This document shows positions 16,812 through 27,112 of a stretch of DNA of 58,336 bases, piece after piece. The first letter of the stretch is position 1. Each line of letters starts with the position of its first letter. The translations under genes were made by a program, and so were the position numbers. The DNA lies in the NCBI GenBank assembly GCA_041667185.1, contig JBAYFM010000010.1:1-58336 (forward strand), in the 5' to 3' direction. Below the pieces are notes generated by a model that saw only the letters and a list, made by a program, of their open reading frames with translations, was not told the origin of the DNA and made no database searches. The DNA is from Patescibacteria group bacterium (GTDB lineage: Bacteria; Patescibacteriota; Patescibacteriia; SG8-24).

Positions 16812-19800
16812 GGCGCCTTCTCAGAAGGCTTCGTGGTAGTGGTCGTGAGGTTGCCGAAACAATCATTGCCCTCCACGTCGTTATTCCGGTCCGTGTTGAG
16901 GCAGAAATTGTCGCCGTCGGTCTTGACGCACGTGCCGTTGCAGACGCCCCAATTGTCCGTGAACTGGACGCGCGGGCGGAAGACGCAGTAATTACCTTCC
17001 TTGCAGGGATACGTCTCTTCGTCGACCAGGTTGCTGCAGGCCGGCAACGAGTCGCGGTACGGCGTGTTGCAGACGTAGGTCTTGGCCTCCTCGAAATACC
17101 GCGGATCGCACGTGTCGTCGGTCAGGCCCCAGTATTTGCCCCAGTCGGCGTAATCCGAGCTGCAGATCTTCTTGAGATTCGCGGCGGCGACGGGGCCGTT
17201 GTAGAAGGCGCCGCGGTGATTCTTATAGTAAGCGTCGCCGGAGGGGACGAGTTTGCCGTCGCCGAAGTCGAAGACCTTGCGGCGCAGCGGCATCTGATCC
17301 TTGTCGGCGTAGGCGTAATACCTGATCTTGACCGTCAGCCGTCCGCCGCCGTCGGCGCCCTGGATGATGTCGGTGCCGGCCGAGGTGCTATTGCCGCGGT
17401 CCGAGATCATGGTCAGACCCTCGGTCGCGAGTTCCTGGCAGACTCCTTCTTCGCCGTCGATGCATTTGCCGATGCTCGTGTCGACGCCGACGACCCGCGG
17501 CCGCTTGGAGAACGACGTGAGTCGCGATCGGTCATCCCAACCGCCTGCCGGCTGGTAGGTCAGATCGTTGGAGTTGCCGCCCCAGTGATAGATCTGTTCA
17601 GCGGTCGCGAAGAGTTCCGAGAGCCGGCGTGTCGCGTTCGGCAAAGCGCTGGCGCCATTATTGTTCCAGCTGGCCGGAAGACCGGTTCCGCCGCAGGCGC
17701 CGACGCAAGCATACGGCACGCCGCTATAGGACCGACCGCCGTCGTTCTTATAAGCACTGGCGGCGCTGTTCCAATAGATGTACGTGAACGGGCTGCCGCC
17801 TTCCGTATTGAACACCGGCAGGATCTTCTCGAACGTATCCGGAGCGATGCCGGCGGGGTCGGAACCATAGGTCAGCGCATCGGCATTCTGGGTCGCCGGA
17901 ATCGTGGCGATGCGTCCGAACGGTTCCAGCGATTCGCTGGCGCCGGTGCGGGTGGAGGCGTGGGTGAACGAGTAGCCAGTGGCGACGAACTGGCCGGCTT
18001 TCCACATCCGATCGGTCCAGACGACGCCCGGAGCCACCGGATTATGGACGTAGGCGACGTCGGTGCAACGATCGCGCAGATGGACGGTGATGGTGCCGTT
18101 GTAGACCGGGTTACAGGACCAATTGTCGTTATGGCACATCGTGGTCTTGAAACCATCCAACTTCTTATCAGCGGTCCAGATCGGCATGATGCCCACACAA
18201 TCGCGATCGTTCTGGCCGTTGTTGTCGGCGGACCAACGATCGCACCAATCCGCAACCTCATCATTAGTGCCTTCGGTCAGCAGGTTTACGCAGATCGACC
18301 TGGCCTGGCCGCCGGAAGCCGGAATACCTTCATCGGATTGAGGCGGCCAATCGTTAGCCGGCTGATGGCCCGGCGCGCGTGTTTCCGTGCCTTCCCAAAT
18401 TCCGGCTTTCGGATGCCGCTTGCCGCCGGTGTCATCATCTTCCCAATCAATCGCTTTGCCGTTGAAATCAGGACCGGTCATATACAAGGTGACCAGACCA
18501 CTGGAGCTGGGTGCGCCCTGGCTGCACAAAGATTCATTGCAGGCCGTGCCGCCACAGAGGCTGGCATTCGGACACTTGCCGTCATTGGTCAGTGTTCCCT
18601 GGTCAGGATCCGAACCGCAATCGCGGGTGCAATCCGTCGGCTGCCGGAATTTAGTGCCGTCAGCGCAAACCCAGCGGGTACAACCGGCGTTACCGGAACA
18701 AGTCTGAGACCTCGTCCCATAATTGGAACAGGTCGACGCGGTCGGATTGCAGCCAGGGTTGAAATCCACCTGGATGCCGGCGATCTGATCGCGGCTGATC
18801 TGCGGCGCCCAATCACGGATCAATCGGCCGCCTTCGCCGTTGGTCAGGTAAAACAGATGTTTGTAATTGCCGCTGGCGGAGCCGGTGTATTGCCGGCTAG
18901 CGGAATATCCCTGACCAGCGACCTGCGTGCCCTCGGCGACAGCGCAATAGGACAGAGCGCTGGTCTGCTGGTAGCCGGCCTCCCGGAACTGGTTGAAACG
19001 ATCCGGCATGCCGGACAGCTTGTCCACCGGCAACCACATGATGCAGGCGCGCCGGGCCTCGTCGTTGTTGATGATCAGCGACTCGTCGTAATCCAGGCAG
19101 AAGCCCGGCCAACCGAGCAGCGTCGAGACCGACTTGAGCTTCTGGCACTGGCCCTGGCCGTCGACGCAGGCCGCCTTCAGACCGGGATCGATCGCGCCGG
19201 AACCCAGATCGCAGGGTTTGCCGTCCTCGGAGCCGCCGACGCACAACGTCTTCGCGAAGCCGCGCTCATAAGTCGCGTCCTTGACGCCGAGGTAGCGCTT
19301 CTCGCCGTAATTCGTGCCGTAGGTCAGTTTCTGATAGGCGCACTCGCAGTCATTGCCGTTGCCGTGGCAGATATTAGCGCCGGCGAAATCAGGCGACCGT
19401 TCGGCTTCCACGCCGGAAGCGGTCCCGGTGGCGGCGTCATAACCCGCCTGGCCCTTAAGTATGATGGTCGAAGAGTAGGGCGAATCGACCTCCGGATAAG
19501 CCCGGCAGAGTGGCATCGCGCCGACGTCGTTGCGCAGCAGCGGACCGCCGGTGTAGTCGTAGTAGCAGAGGTGCTGGTAGCAGCGGCCGCCTTTGTTCGA
19601 AGCGCCGAAATCCGGATCGATCTTCTGATCGACGCAATCGCTCGAGATGCCCGATCCGCTGTCGTCGTTGGGCCGGCAGGTCAGGGCGCAGGAACCGGAG
19701 ACGCCGCCGCAATCCTTGTCGTTGGTGCAGAGCTCGCCTTTCTTGGCGCCGCTCTTGCACAGCGCCAGATTGACGCCGTAGCGCTGCTGGGTCATTTCGG

Positions 19801-22800
19801 TCTTGGAGCACCAGGCTTTCGAGCCGCAATCGGCGTCCGTGGCGCAGGCGACGCCGTACTTGTTGATGTCGCCCATGCAGCTGCCGCTCTTGTTACCGGT
19901 CACTGTCGGCATGGTGGCCGGCAGCAGGTACTGAGCCGGGTAAGCATTGGGCACGCTGTAACCGGAGAACTCCAGACCCTTCCAGGAAACATCGCGCTGG
20001 GCGTACTGCTGGTTCGTCAGCCGCGATTTCTCCGGCTCGACGTAGCTGCGGCACTCGCTCGCGACGCCGACGACGGTCGACTCCTCGCACAAGCCGAAAC
20101 CAGTGCAGGATTCGCGCCACTCGCCCTTGGTCTCATCCCAGGTGATCTCCGACTCGCGGCAATTGAGCCAGCGGGCGCACTCGCGGTCCGGACGGACCTT
20201 GAGCACGATGTTGGCGTCATTGCGGGTGAAGTCGACCCCGGTCAGGCTCCGGCGGCAGGTCTTGCCGGACGGACAGGTCGCCGGATCGCCGTAGGTCATG
20301 CATTTCTCGCCCAGCTGGGAGCTGCAATCCCGATCGGAGCGGCAGCCGAAGCCGTAGCTCTCGGTCCCGATGCAGCGTCCGACGCCGCAATCGGCATCCT
20401 GGTTGCAGGCCTGGCCCAGAACCGTGATGTCCTCGCAGGTGCCGTTGACGTAGCTGAAGCAGCGGCTGCCGCACAGCTCGTCGGAACGGTTCGATAGGTT
20501 GCAGTTGACCGGGCTGGCGCTCATATCGCCGGCTTTGACGTACGAAGCGGCGGCGGAATAGAGGTTCTGCGGATTACTGGTCTGCTTGAGCGCGACGCAG
20601 CCGGTCTTGAGATCGACGTTGCCGCCGCAGGTGGACTGATCGATCTTGCTGTTGAATATATAATAGTAAGGTTCGCCGGCGGCGTGATTCGGCGAGGTCG
20701 CCACCGTGTCGACGAATTCCTCGCAACGGTCGTACTCGGCCGCGCACAGACCGACCCAGCCGTCAAAGCCGCAGACGCTGTTGCCGCGCATGACCCGGCA
20801 GGCCTGTTCGACCTTGCAGGTGGTCTTGGTATTGCCGACCGTGCAGGAATTCTGTCCTTCGTTCGGGCAGGCACAGCCTTCGGGTTTGGTGCAAGCCGAC
20901 GCCAGGGTGCAATCCGGAGAATCCGGACTGGTGCTCAGATAGCACGGGCAGCCGGCGTCCTGGGTGCACGGCGTCTTCAGGTCGCAGCGCTGGTCCTTAT
21001 TCTTGGCGATGGCATAGAACTCGCCGTTCACGAGCCGGTCGCCGTAACACGGCAGCAGGGCGCCGCTCTCGGTCTTCCGGAACCAGCCCGAGACCCGGCG
21101 ATCCTTCACGAAGACGTTCTCCCGGTATTCGCAGGCGCGGTTGCCCGGATCCTTGAAGTAGTAGGAACCGTCGCGCGTCGAATACTGGGCGCAGCCGACC
21201 TCTTTCTCCAGACACAGGGTCTTGGAATAGTCGGCCGGATTATCCTTGACGGCCGCGGCTTTCCAGCTCCCGATGATCGGCTCGGAGACGGAGTACTGGC
21301 AGCGCGATTCGCCGATCTTGATCTTGCAATAACCCTTGGTCTTGGGATCTTCGCAGCCGGTCTCGGCGCTCACCGGCGTCTCTTTGTTCGCGACCCGGTT
21401 GACACACACGCCGTCAAAGGCCTGGTTCGGGACGCCGACGGTGCGACAGCCGATGTTCGCGGCTTCGCATTTGTCCTGAGGAGTCACGACGAGATGGGTC
21501 AACGAATCAGCCGGCACGACCACGATATCCGGATTGGCGGCGCGGGACGCCAGCGACGCCCGGGTCTCCAGGTTGAATTTCGTGATGCGGCACTCGGTCT
21601 CATTGAACGCGACGCGACAGGCGTCGAACAGCATCAGCGGCGCTTCGGCAGAGGCGGCCGCGTGCGGCAATCTGTAATTACAGATGCAGTTCGTACCGCC
21701 GTCGGCCGGAGCCTCGGGGCTGCCGCAGCGGGCCGGCAGGCTGCAGACAGCGTTGAACGATTCTTCGTAAGGATTCTCGACCGTGTTCTTGGTGTCGGAG
21801 TAAGCGGAGCAGCCGACCACCTTGTCGCGGCACAGCTTGCTGAACGAACGCAGGTAGCTGACCTTGCCGGCGGTGTTGCGGTATTCGCGGCAGCCGAGCA
21901 TTTCCCGCGGCGACGCCGCGCCCGCGAGCGTCTGGTCGCAGGAAGCGGGGATCTTCCAGGAATCGCGGACCACGCTGATCGTGTCGCGGACCTCGTTCAA
22001 AATGAGATTGTCGAGATAGACCTCGCCGATCGTGACGACCGGAGCGGCCGCGGACCCCGCAATGCTGAACTTCAGACAACGGCCGTTCGGACAATCCGGA
22101 CCGGCAACCACGGTCTCCTGGAAAATGACCGGACCGAGGGCGTAACGGCGCCACTCGCTGGTCAGGATGATCTTCGGCGCGGACTTGGTCGCGTTGTTGT
22201 CGTCGCTGAACACCTGGGTGCCGGCGCCAGTCTCGGAGCCGAAGCTGATGTTGAGGATACCGCCGCCGCGAGCCCAGAACGACAGGCTATAGGATTGGCC
22301 GCCGGTCACGAGCGTTCCCAATTCCCGCACGATCTCGCGCCTGTCGGTCGCCGTGCCGGAGAGTTTGAGCGAGTGTCCGCCGACGACCAGCGCTTCCGAC
22401 GATTGCGCCGGGATCGCGGTGCCGGCTTTCCAGACGGCCGCGTCGATCGCCTGTTCGAACGCGTCGGTGAAAGCGGCGCGGATGTTCGAAGCGGCATTGC
22501 CTTTGTAGGCCCGGCAGCCCTTGGAAGCCGCCGCGCAAGCCAGGCTGTCGCCGGCCGAAGCGGCGTAGATGCATTCCTGTTTCGCTTCGTTCCAGGAGCC
22601 GTTCGAGTCGCGGCAATCAGACTCGATCGAACCAGTGATGCGATAGCGCCGGCAATCCGCCGCAGCCACGATGACGCGCGACATCAGCCGGTAATGGCGG
22701 TTGCCGAACTCATCGTAAAATTCGCGGCAATCGTAATCATGGCCGGCATCAATGGAATCACGGGTGCAGAAACCGTCGGGCAGTTCCGCGCCGGCGATCG

Positions 22801-25800
22801 CCACGGACTCGTCCAGACACTCGAACCGGTCATCGCCGACTGGGGCCGCGGTGTTCAGGTGGACGCAGGGCGAGTAGCCGCAAGTTCCGCCGGCGGTCGG
22901 CGCGCAGACATCACTCGCGGTGGCGGCGGCCGTAACGATCTGGGCTTCGGTCCGCTTCAGGTTCCAGACCTTCAGCTGATAGCCGGCCGTGTCCGAACCT
23001 TCCCAGGAATAGAACACCTGGTTGGTGTCGGCCTCGGGTTTCTGGCAGATGCGCAAACGGGAATAATAGCTGCGCTGCTCGTTCTCCAGATCCGTGAACT
23101 CCGAACAGCCGATCTCGGCCTCGGAACAGGACTGGGCCAGTTTCGGAATGAAGTAGATCGGGAATTTGGAAGCGCGTTCGAATTCGGACGCTTCCTGTTT
23201 GAAGACGTCGTAACCGGAACATTCCGCCGGACAAGCGTCCTGCGGTCCGACGACGCCGGGAATGGCCGGATCGGCGGTCGCAGGAGTATAGCGGTCGCAA
23301 CCGACCTCGTTGTCGCGGCAGACCATCGCGAAGCTCTTGCATTCCGCGCGGTCGCCGTCCTCGCCGGTGCAGCCGAGATAGTTCGGAGCGACTTTGGCGT
23401 AAACCAGTGATTCGACCTCGCCGTAAGTATCGTGGTAAGAGACGCCGCCGCCCTCGTTCAACAGGACGCCATCAACCATGGTCTGGGCGCCGCTGATCTC
23501 CAGGTAAGCGCCGGCGATGGGCCGACTCACCGTGAACGTGCACGACGGGCGGACGTAAGCGGCGTCCGACAGAGCCGGGTCCGTCGCCGCGGTCAGGGTC
23601 ATGAAGAGGCCGCCGGCCGGAGTGAAGTCGCACGGACCGACGTTGGGGGTCACGATGACGTCATCATTCTTCACCCAACCAGCCATGGAGGCCGACTGAT
23701 TATAATCGGACTGGTAGAACTTGAGCCGCAGCGTCGCGCTGGCGGCGCCCGGTCCTGGGACCAAAGCGGCCGGGATCTGCCGCAGGTCGGCGGACAGCGT
23801 ATAGGTCTTGCCGATCTCGAGCGGCAGCCGATCCTGGATCAGACGATTGGTGAGCGAACAGCTGGTCTCGCCTTTGGCGACCGCGCAGCTGTAGCCGCCC
23901 TTGGGGCAGGTGCAGGAAGGATAATTCGCGCAGGCCGTATTCAGCGTGCAGACATCCTCGTAATCGCCTCCGACCCGGGCGGCATTCGAACCAGCGGAGG
24001 CATAGAACTTGTTGTCCGCGCCGCGTTCAGTGATGATCCCGCCAGCGCCGCCGACCGTCACTTTGCCGAAAGGCGACCAGTACTTGGCGTGATCACTGGC
24101 CCCGTCGGCATCCATATCCTCGAGCGTCTCGAAACTGCCGTTCTTGACGAGATTCAAAGACTGGCCGGCCGCGAGCTTCACGAGAGCGGTGCAGCCGTTC
24201 TTGTCCGCCGAACAGCCCTGAGCCTGTTTGTTGAGATAAAGAGCCGGGGTGATCTGCCAATCATCGCCGGCTTCGGGACCGCCGACGATAGTGCTGCAGG
24301 ATCTGGCGCCCGACACGACCAGACAGGAAGAATTCTTGGAACAGTCGCACTCGGCGGTCTGACAGACATTGGGCAGCCGGCACTGCTCGCCGCTCGGCAG
24401 CAGCAGACAGGTCTTCTCGCCCTGACCGACCTTGCACGAACGAGGTATCGTGCAGGAACACCCGGCGCTATTCGAACACACGGCGCCGAGAGTGCAGCTG
24501 CCGGCGTTCAACCTGGTCGAGTACGCCCGACAGCCTTCATTCGAGGAATTGCACACGCCGTAATCAAGAGTGTTGACTAGGAAATTTTCGGTCTTGCCGG
24601 ACGTGCTCTTGAACGTGCGGCAGGAATTATAATATTCAGGGCAGGAATCGGCGTTGAACCGCCAGACGCGCCGGTCCTGAGTGCAGTAACCGTAACCGCC
24701 GACGCACTGGCCGAAATCGTCCTCTTTGAGACAGGTGGCCACGTCCGTGCAGGTCTCGGCGCGAGTGGCGATCCCCGCGCTGAGCAGCACCGGTCCGTAA
24801 ACCTTGGCGCGACATTCGGCTGACGGCGCTTTGAGGACCCAGTTGGGATCAATGAGATGGCACCACTTGGTGGCCGGATTGGCCGCGTCGGGTGCGCCGT
24901 TCACGCCGCAGACATTGAAGCCGGCGACGACCTGGCCCAGCGTCACTTTTTCTCCGGTCGCGGCGACCTTGCTCGCGGCGATCTCCCAGCCGATCGGGAT
25001 GATCCGGGCCGCGCGCATCTTCTTGAGATTCGTCTCGCAATAACCATCCTGATAGCAGGAAGCCTTGGCGTTATCCTGGCTGGTCGCCGGGATCAGCCGG
25101 AAATCCTTGTGCAGCAGATCCTGTTTGAGGGCTTCGCCGACGGTCAGCGGGATGGCGTTGCCGGAACGGATCGCGACCGCGAGCGCCTGATCCATCACGC
25201 AATTCTCCGGACCGCGATATGCCTCGGGACACAGACCGAACAAGGTGACTACGTCATACATGCCGGTTCCCTTGATCGGCGTCGCCCGGATCAGCGACGA
25301 GGGAGCCTCGATCTCCCCGATCCGCTCGCTGCTCTGAACGAGACCAGGATTCACCAGTGATTCGCGGTCCAGCAACGCGACCTCCGTGGCCGCCTCTTCG
25401 GCAGCCATGAGCGACAACAGTTCCTGAACGCCCTTGTTCCAGAATCCCTTGATCAGGGTCATGGCGAAAGTCTGGACCATGCCGCCAACGATCGGCTTCC
25501 AGGCCTTGGCAGCCAAAGCTCCCGATGCCGCCATCTGCACCCCCGTATCCGGAATGACGCCGCTCTTGTCCTTGTAGAGGTCGAATTCTTTCTTCGCGAC
25601 CGCCGCCGGACTGAGTACATTGCCGGTCACGGGATCGGTGATGTCCGAAAAACCGCCGCCGCCGGCGTATTTATTGGCGACTTTCAAACTCTGTTCCAGA
25701 TAAGCCTTGGGTTGGACATCCACCTGGATGAACGAACCCATCCGTAAACCGGCTGACAACGGCGATTTGCCCGGCTTGACCGTATCCTTCAACATCTTCA

Positions 25801-26407
25801 TCATTTCGCCTTTGGAGAACTGATTGCCGACCTTGCCCCAGCTCTCGGCGATCTTGGACAGGTCGCACTTGGGCCGCGGCGGCTGGATCTCGTCAAGCAG
25901 ACCGAGCTGGAGATTCAAAGTGAGATTGATGTTCGGCGCACAAAGATTCAGCCCCATTGCCGTCAAACCGGAAGCTTCGCTGAAAGCCCCGATCGCCTCG
26001 CCCGCCGCGCCGGCGACGGCATCTTTCAAGCCTTTGGAAAATTCCTTGGAATCGAAGCAAGGTTTTTGACCGGCGCAATTCAACAGGTTCTGCGCCAGCA
26101 TGCTCGCGACCTGCTGAGCGAACTGATTAGTGGCGCTGACCGCGGCCACCATGACGCCTTCAGTGAGACCTGTGGTGATCTGATCGAAAACGGAGGCGGA
26201 AACAGTGGTGGGTCCGCCGATGACATCAGCCGCCTGCGCCCGGACCGGACGCGGAAACGCCAACATGAACGGCAACGCCGCCGCGAAAGCGAAACCAAAC
26301 ATCAAGATGGCGGAGGCGGCCCTGGATTGACGTGAGTTCATGTTGATCCGGATTAATTTAATTTGCGACGCTGGCGGCTGCTGGCTGAGGCGACGTCTCC
26401 GGATCAT
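16769..26407 (-). CDS. giant (3212-aa) secreted Cys-rich protein
   Basis: Uninterrupted 9.6-kb ORF. N-terminus has RRRR plus the hydrophobic segment AASAILMFGFAFAAALPFMLAFP. Cys modules recur (e.g. CSNSAGCSCTIPRSCKVGQGEKTC, CANYPSCTCPKGGYSCAVAKGETSC, CTQDAGCPC..., CTKPEGCACPNEGQNSCTVGNTKTTC). At least 9 GC.(A/x)(Y/L)-type motifs are present (GCRAYS, GCSAYS, GCAQYS, GCDRYT...). A C-terminal FDFGDG segment is PKD-like. The ATG at 26407 overlaps the upstream TGA (ATGA); an alternative ATG is at 26341. Confidence 0.85.
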   Translation of the reverse strand: MIRRRRLSQQPPASQIKLIRINMNSRQSRAASAILMFGFAFAAALPFMLAFPRPVRAQAADVIGGPTTVSASVFDQITTGLTEGVMVAAVSATNQFAQQVASMLAQNLLNCAGQKPCFDSKEFSKGLKDAVAGAAGEAIGAFSEASGLTAMGLNLCAPNINLTLNLQLGLLDEIQPPRPKCDLSKIAESWGKVGNQFSKGEMMKMLKDTVKPGKSPLSAGLRMGSFIQVDVQPKAYLEQSLKVANKYAGGGGFSDITDPVTGNVLSPAAVAKKEFDLYKDKSGVIPDTGVQMAASGALAAKAWKPIVGGMVQTFAMTLIKGFWNKGVQELLSLMAAEEAATEVALLDRESLVNPGLVQSSERIGEIEAPSSLIRATPIKGTGMYDVVTLFGLCPEAYRGPENCVMDQALAVAIRSGNAIPLTVGEALKQDLLHKDFRLIPATSQDNAKASCYQDGYCETNLKKMRAARIIPIGWEIAASKVAATGEKVTLGQVVAGFNVCGVNGAPDAANPATKWCHLIDPNWVLKAPSAECRAKVYGPVLLSAGIATRAETCTDVATCLKEDDFGQCVGGYGYCTQDRRVWRFNADSCPEYYNSCRTFKSTSGKTENFLVNTLDYGVCNSSNEGCRAYSTRLNAGSCTLGAVCSNSAGCSCTIPRSCKVGQGEKTCLLLPSGEQCRLPNVCQTAECDCSKNSSCLVVSGARSCSTIVGGPEAGDDWQITPALYLNKQAQGCSADKNGCTALVKLAAGQSLNLVKNGSFETLEDMDADGASDHAKYWSPFGKVTVGGAGGIITERGADNKFYASAGSNAARVGGDYEDVCTLNTACANYPSCTCPKGGYSCAVAKGETSCSLTNRLIQDRLPLEIGKTYTLSADLRQIPAALVPGPGAASATLRLKFYQSDYNQSASMAGWVKNDDVIVTPNVGPCDFTPAGGLFMTLTAATDPALSDAAYVRPSCTFTVSRPIAGAYLEISGAQTMVDGVLLNEGGGVSYHDTYGEVESLVYAKVAPNYLGCTGEDGDRAECKSFAMVCRDNEVGCDRYTPATADPAIPGVVGPQDACPAECSGYDVFKQEASEFERASKFPIYFIPKLAQSCSEAEIGCSEFTDLENEQRSYYSRLRICQKPEADTNQVFYSWEGSDTAGYQLKVWNLKRTEAQIVTAAATASDVCAPTAGGTCGYSPCVHLNTAAPVGDDRFECLDESVAIAGAELPDGFCTRDSIDAGHDYDCREFYDEFGNRHYRLMSRVIVAAADCRRYRITGSIESDCRDSNGSWNEAKQECIYAASAGDSLACAAASKGCRAYKGNAASNIRAAFTDAFEQAIDAAVWKAGTAIPAQSSEALVVGGHSLKLSGTATDRREIVRELGTLVTGGQSYSLSFWARGGGILNISFGSETGAGTQVFSDDNNATKSAPKIILTSEWRRYALGPVIFQETVVAGPDCPNGRCLKFSIAGSAAAPVVTIGEVYLDNLILNEVRDTISVVRDSWKIPASCDQTLAGAASPREMLGCREYRNTAGKVSYLRSFSKLCRDKVVGCSAYSDTKNTVENPYEESFNAVCSLPARCGSPEAPADGGTNCICNYRLPHAAASAEAPLMLFDACRVAFNETECRITKFNLETRASLASRAANPDIVVVPADSLTHLVVTPQDKCEAANIGCRTVGVPNQAFDGVCVNRVANKETPVSAETGCEDPKTKGYCKIKIGESRCQYSVSEPIIGSWKAAAVKDNPADYSKTLCLEKEVGCAQYSTRDGSYYFKDPGNRACEYRENVFVKDRRVSGWFRKTESGALLPCYGDRLVNGEFYAIAKNKDQRCDLKTPCTQDAGCPCYLSTSPDSPDCTLASACTKPEGCACPNEGQNSCTVGNTKTTCKVEQACRVMRGNSVCGFDGWVGLCAAEYDRCEEFVDTVATSPNHAAGEPYYYIFNSKIDQSTCGGNVDLKTGCVALKQTSNPQNLYSAAASYVKAGDMSASPVNCNLSNRSDELCGSRCFSYVNGTCEDITVLGQACNQDADCGVGRCIGTESYGFGCRSDRDCSSQLGEKCMTYGDPATCPSGKTCRRSLTGVDFTRNDANIVLKVRPDRECARWLNCRESEITWDETKGEWRESCTGFGLCEESTVVGVASECRSYVEPEKSRLTNQQYAQRDVSWKGLEFSGYSVPNAYPAQYLLPATMPTVTGNKSGSCMGDINKYGVACATDADCGSKAWCSKTEMTQQRYGVNLALCKSGAKKGELCTNDKDCGGVSGSCALTCRPNDDSGSGISSDCVDQKIDPDFGASNKGGRCYQHLCYYDYTGGPLLRNDVGAMPLCRAYPEVDSPYSSTIILKGQAGYDAATGTASGVEAERSPDFAGANICHGNGNDCECAYQKLTYGTNYGEKRYLGVKDATYERGFAKTLCVGGSEDGKPCDLGSGAIDPGLKAACVDGQGQCQKLKSVSTLLGWPGFCLDYDESLIINNDEARRACIMWLPVDKLSGMPDRFNQFREAGYQQTSALSYCAVAEGTQVAGQGYSASRQYTGSASGNYKHLFYLTNGEGGRLIRDWAPQISRDQIAGIQVDFNPGCNPTASTCSNYGTRSQTCSGNAGCTRWVCADGTKFRQPTDCTRDCGSDPDQGTLTNDGKCPNASLCGGTACNESLCSQGAPSSSGLVTLYMTGPDFNGKAIDWEDDDTGGKRHPKAGIWEGTETRAPGHQPANDWPPQSDEGIPASGGQARSICVNLLTEGTNDEVADWCDRWSADNNGQNDRDCVGIMPIWTADKKLDGFKTTMCHNDNWSCNPVYNGTITVHLRDRCTDVAYVHNPVAPGVVWTDRMWKAGQFVATGYSFTHASTRTGASESLEPFGRIATIPATQNADALTYGSDPAGIAPDTFEKILPVFNTEGGSPFTYIYWNSAASAYKNDGGRSYSGVPYACVGACGGTGLPASWNNNGASALPNATRRLSELFATAEQIYHWGGNSNDLTYQPAGGWDDRSRLTSFSKRPRVVGVDTSIGKCIDGEEGVCQELATEGLTMISDRGNSTSAGTDIIQGADGGGRLTVKIRYYAYADKDQMPLRRKVFDFGDGKLVPSGDAYYKNHRGAFYNGPVAAANLKKICSSDYADWGKYWGLTDDTCDPRYFEEAKTYVCNTPYRDSLPACSNLVDEETYPCKEGNYCVFRPRVQFTDNWGVCNGTCVKTDGDNFCLNTDRNNDVEGNDCFGNLTTTTTKPSEKAPWTWAYGKIKIEVP

Positions 26408-27084
26408 TGTCCGGTGTCGTTGTTAGTCAAACCAGCATCTTTCAAAGTGTCCAACATCAGCTGACGCAGCGCGTCATCGGGAGCTTTCGCGACCAATTCG
26501 GTGGGCAGTCCGATCTCGACGTAAAACTTTCTCAGATCATCGCCGGTCATCTGCGCCACGATCGCCTCGGCTTTCTTCTGGGTCAGCTCGGCCGGATCGC
26601 CGAAGATGCGCGTGACAGCCTGGATCAGCGGACTCTGGCTGTCCGAGACCACCGATTCTTTGACCGGCTCTTCCGGCAGATCGGTCAGACCAGACGACAA
26701 GGTCGGAGCCGTAGACGCGCCGCTCGAAGATGAAATGGAAACCTGGCGGCAAGTCTTGCCGGCCGGACAATTGGGGTCGCTGTTCTGGCTGATCTCCAGC
26801 CCGTCAGGAGTACCGTCGGAATCAGTGTCGGCGATATAAGGACTGGTCCGAAACGCGTAAAGTTCGTCGAAATCAGTGAGCCCGTCCTTGTCGGTGTCCA
26901 TGGATTTCAAAGACGCTACCCGCTCCTGCTCGATCTGATCCGACGTTTTGATGGTGCCCGTAGCCTGCGGCTGGAAGAAGGGCGAAATCACGGACTTATT
27001 CAGGCTGATGACATCAAAAAGAAGCGTGGCCGTACCGATGACCACGACGATCGTCAAAGCCATTTTTTGGTTAGTATTGAGCAC
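26404..27084 (-). CDS. membrane-anchored protein with thrombospondin-type-3-like Asp-rich (Ca-binding-like) repeats
   Basis: TM segment ALTIVVVIGTATLLFDVI, then DTDKDGLTDFDE and DTDSDGTPDGLE repeats, then NCPAGKTC. It starts at GTG 27084 or ATG 27063. It is the first gene after the promoter at 27113-27142. Confidence 0.7.
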   Translation of the reverse strand: MLNTNQKMALTIVVVIGTATLLFDVISLNKSVISPFFQPQATGTIKTSDQIEQERVASLKSMDTDKDGLTDFDELYAFRTSPYIADTDSDGTPDGLEISQNSDPNCPAGKTCRQVSISSSSGASTAPTLSSGLTDLPEEPVKESVVSDSQSPLIQAVTRIFGDPAELTQKKAEAIVAQMTGDDLRKFYVEIGLPTELVAKAPDDALRQLMLDTLKDAGLTNNDTGQ

Positions 27085-27112
27085 GCGAGTTGCGCTTAAT
27101 CGTTCCTATACA

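Noticed and set aside
16733-23410. Very long plus-strand ORFs (16733..20497, 1254 aa; 20684..23410, 908 aa) antisense to the giant gene
   Set aside because: Their composition is dominated by Arg, Ala, Gly and Val, as expected for the reverse frame of a GC-rich gene. They have no start context and are fully contained in a 9.6-kb uninterrupted minus-strand ORF with protein-like sequence.
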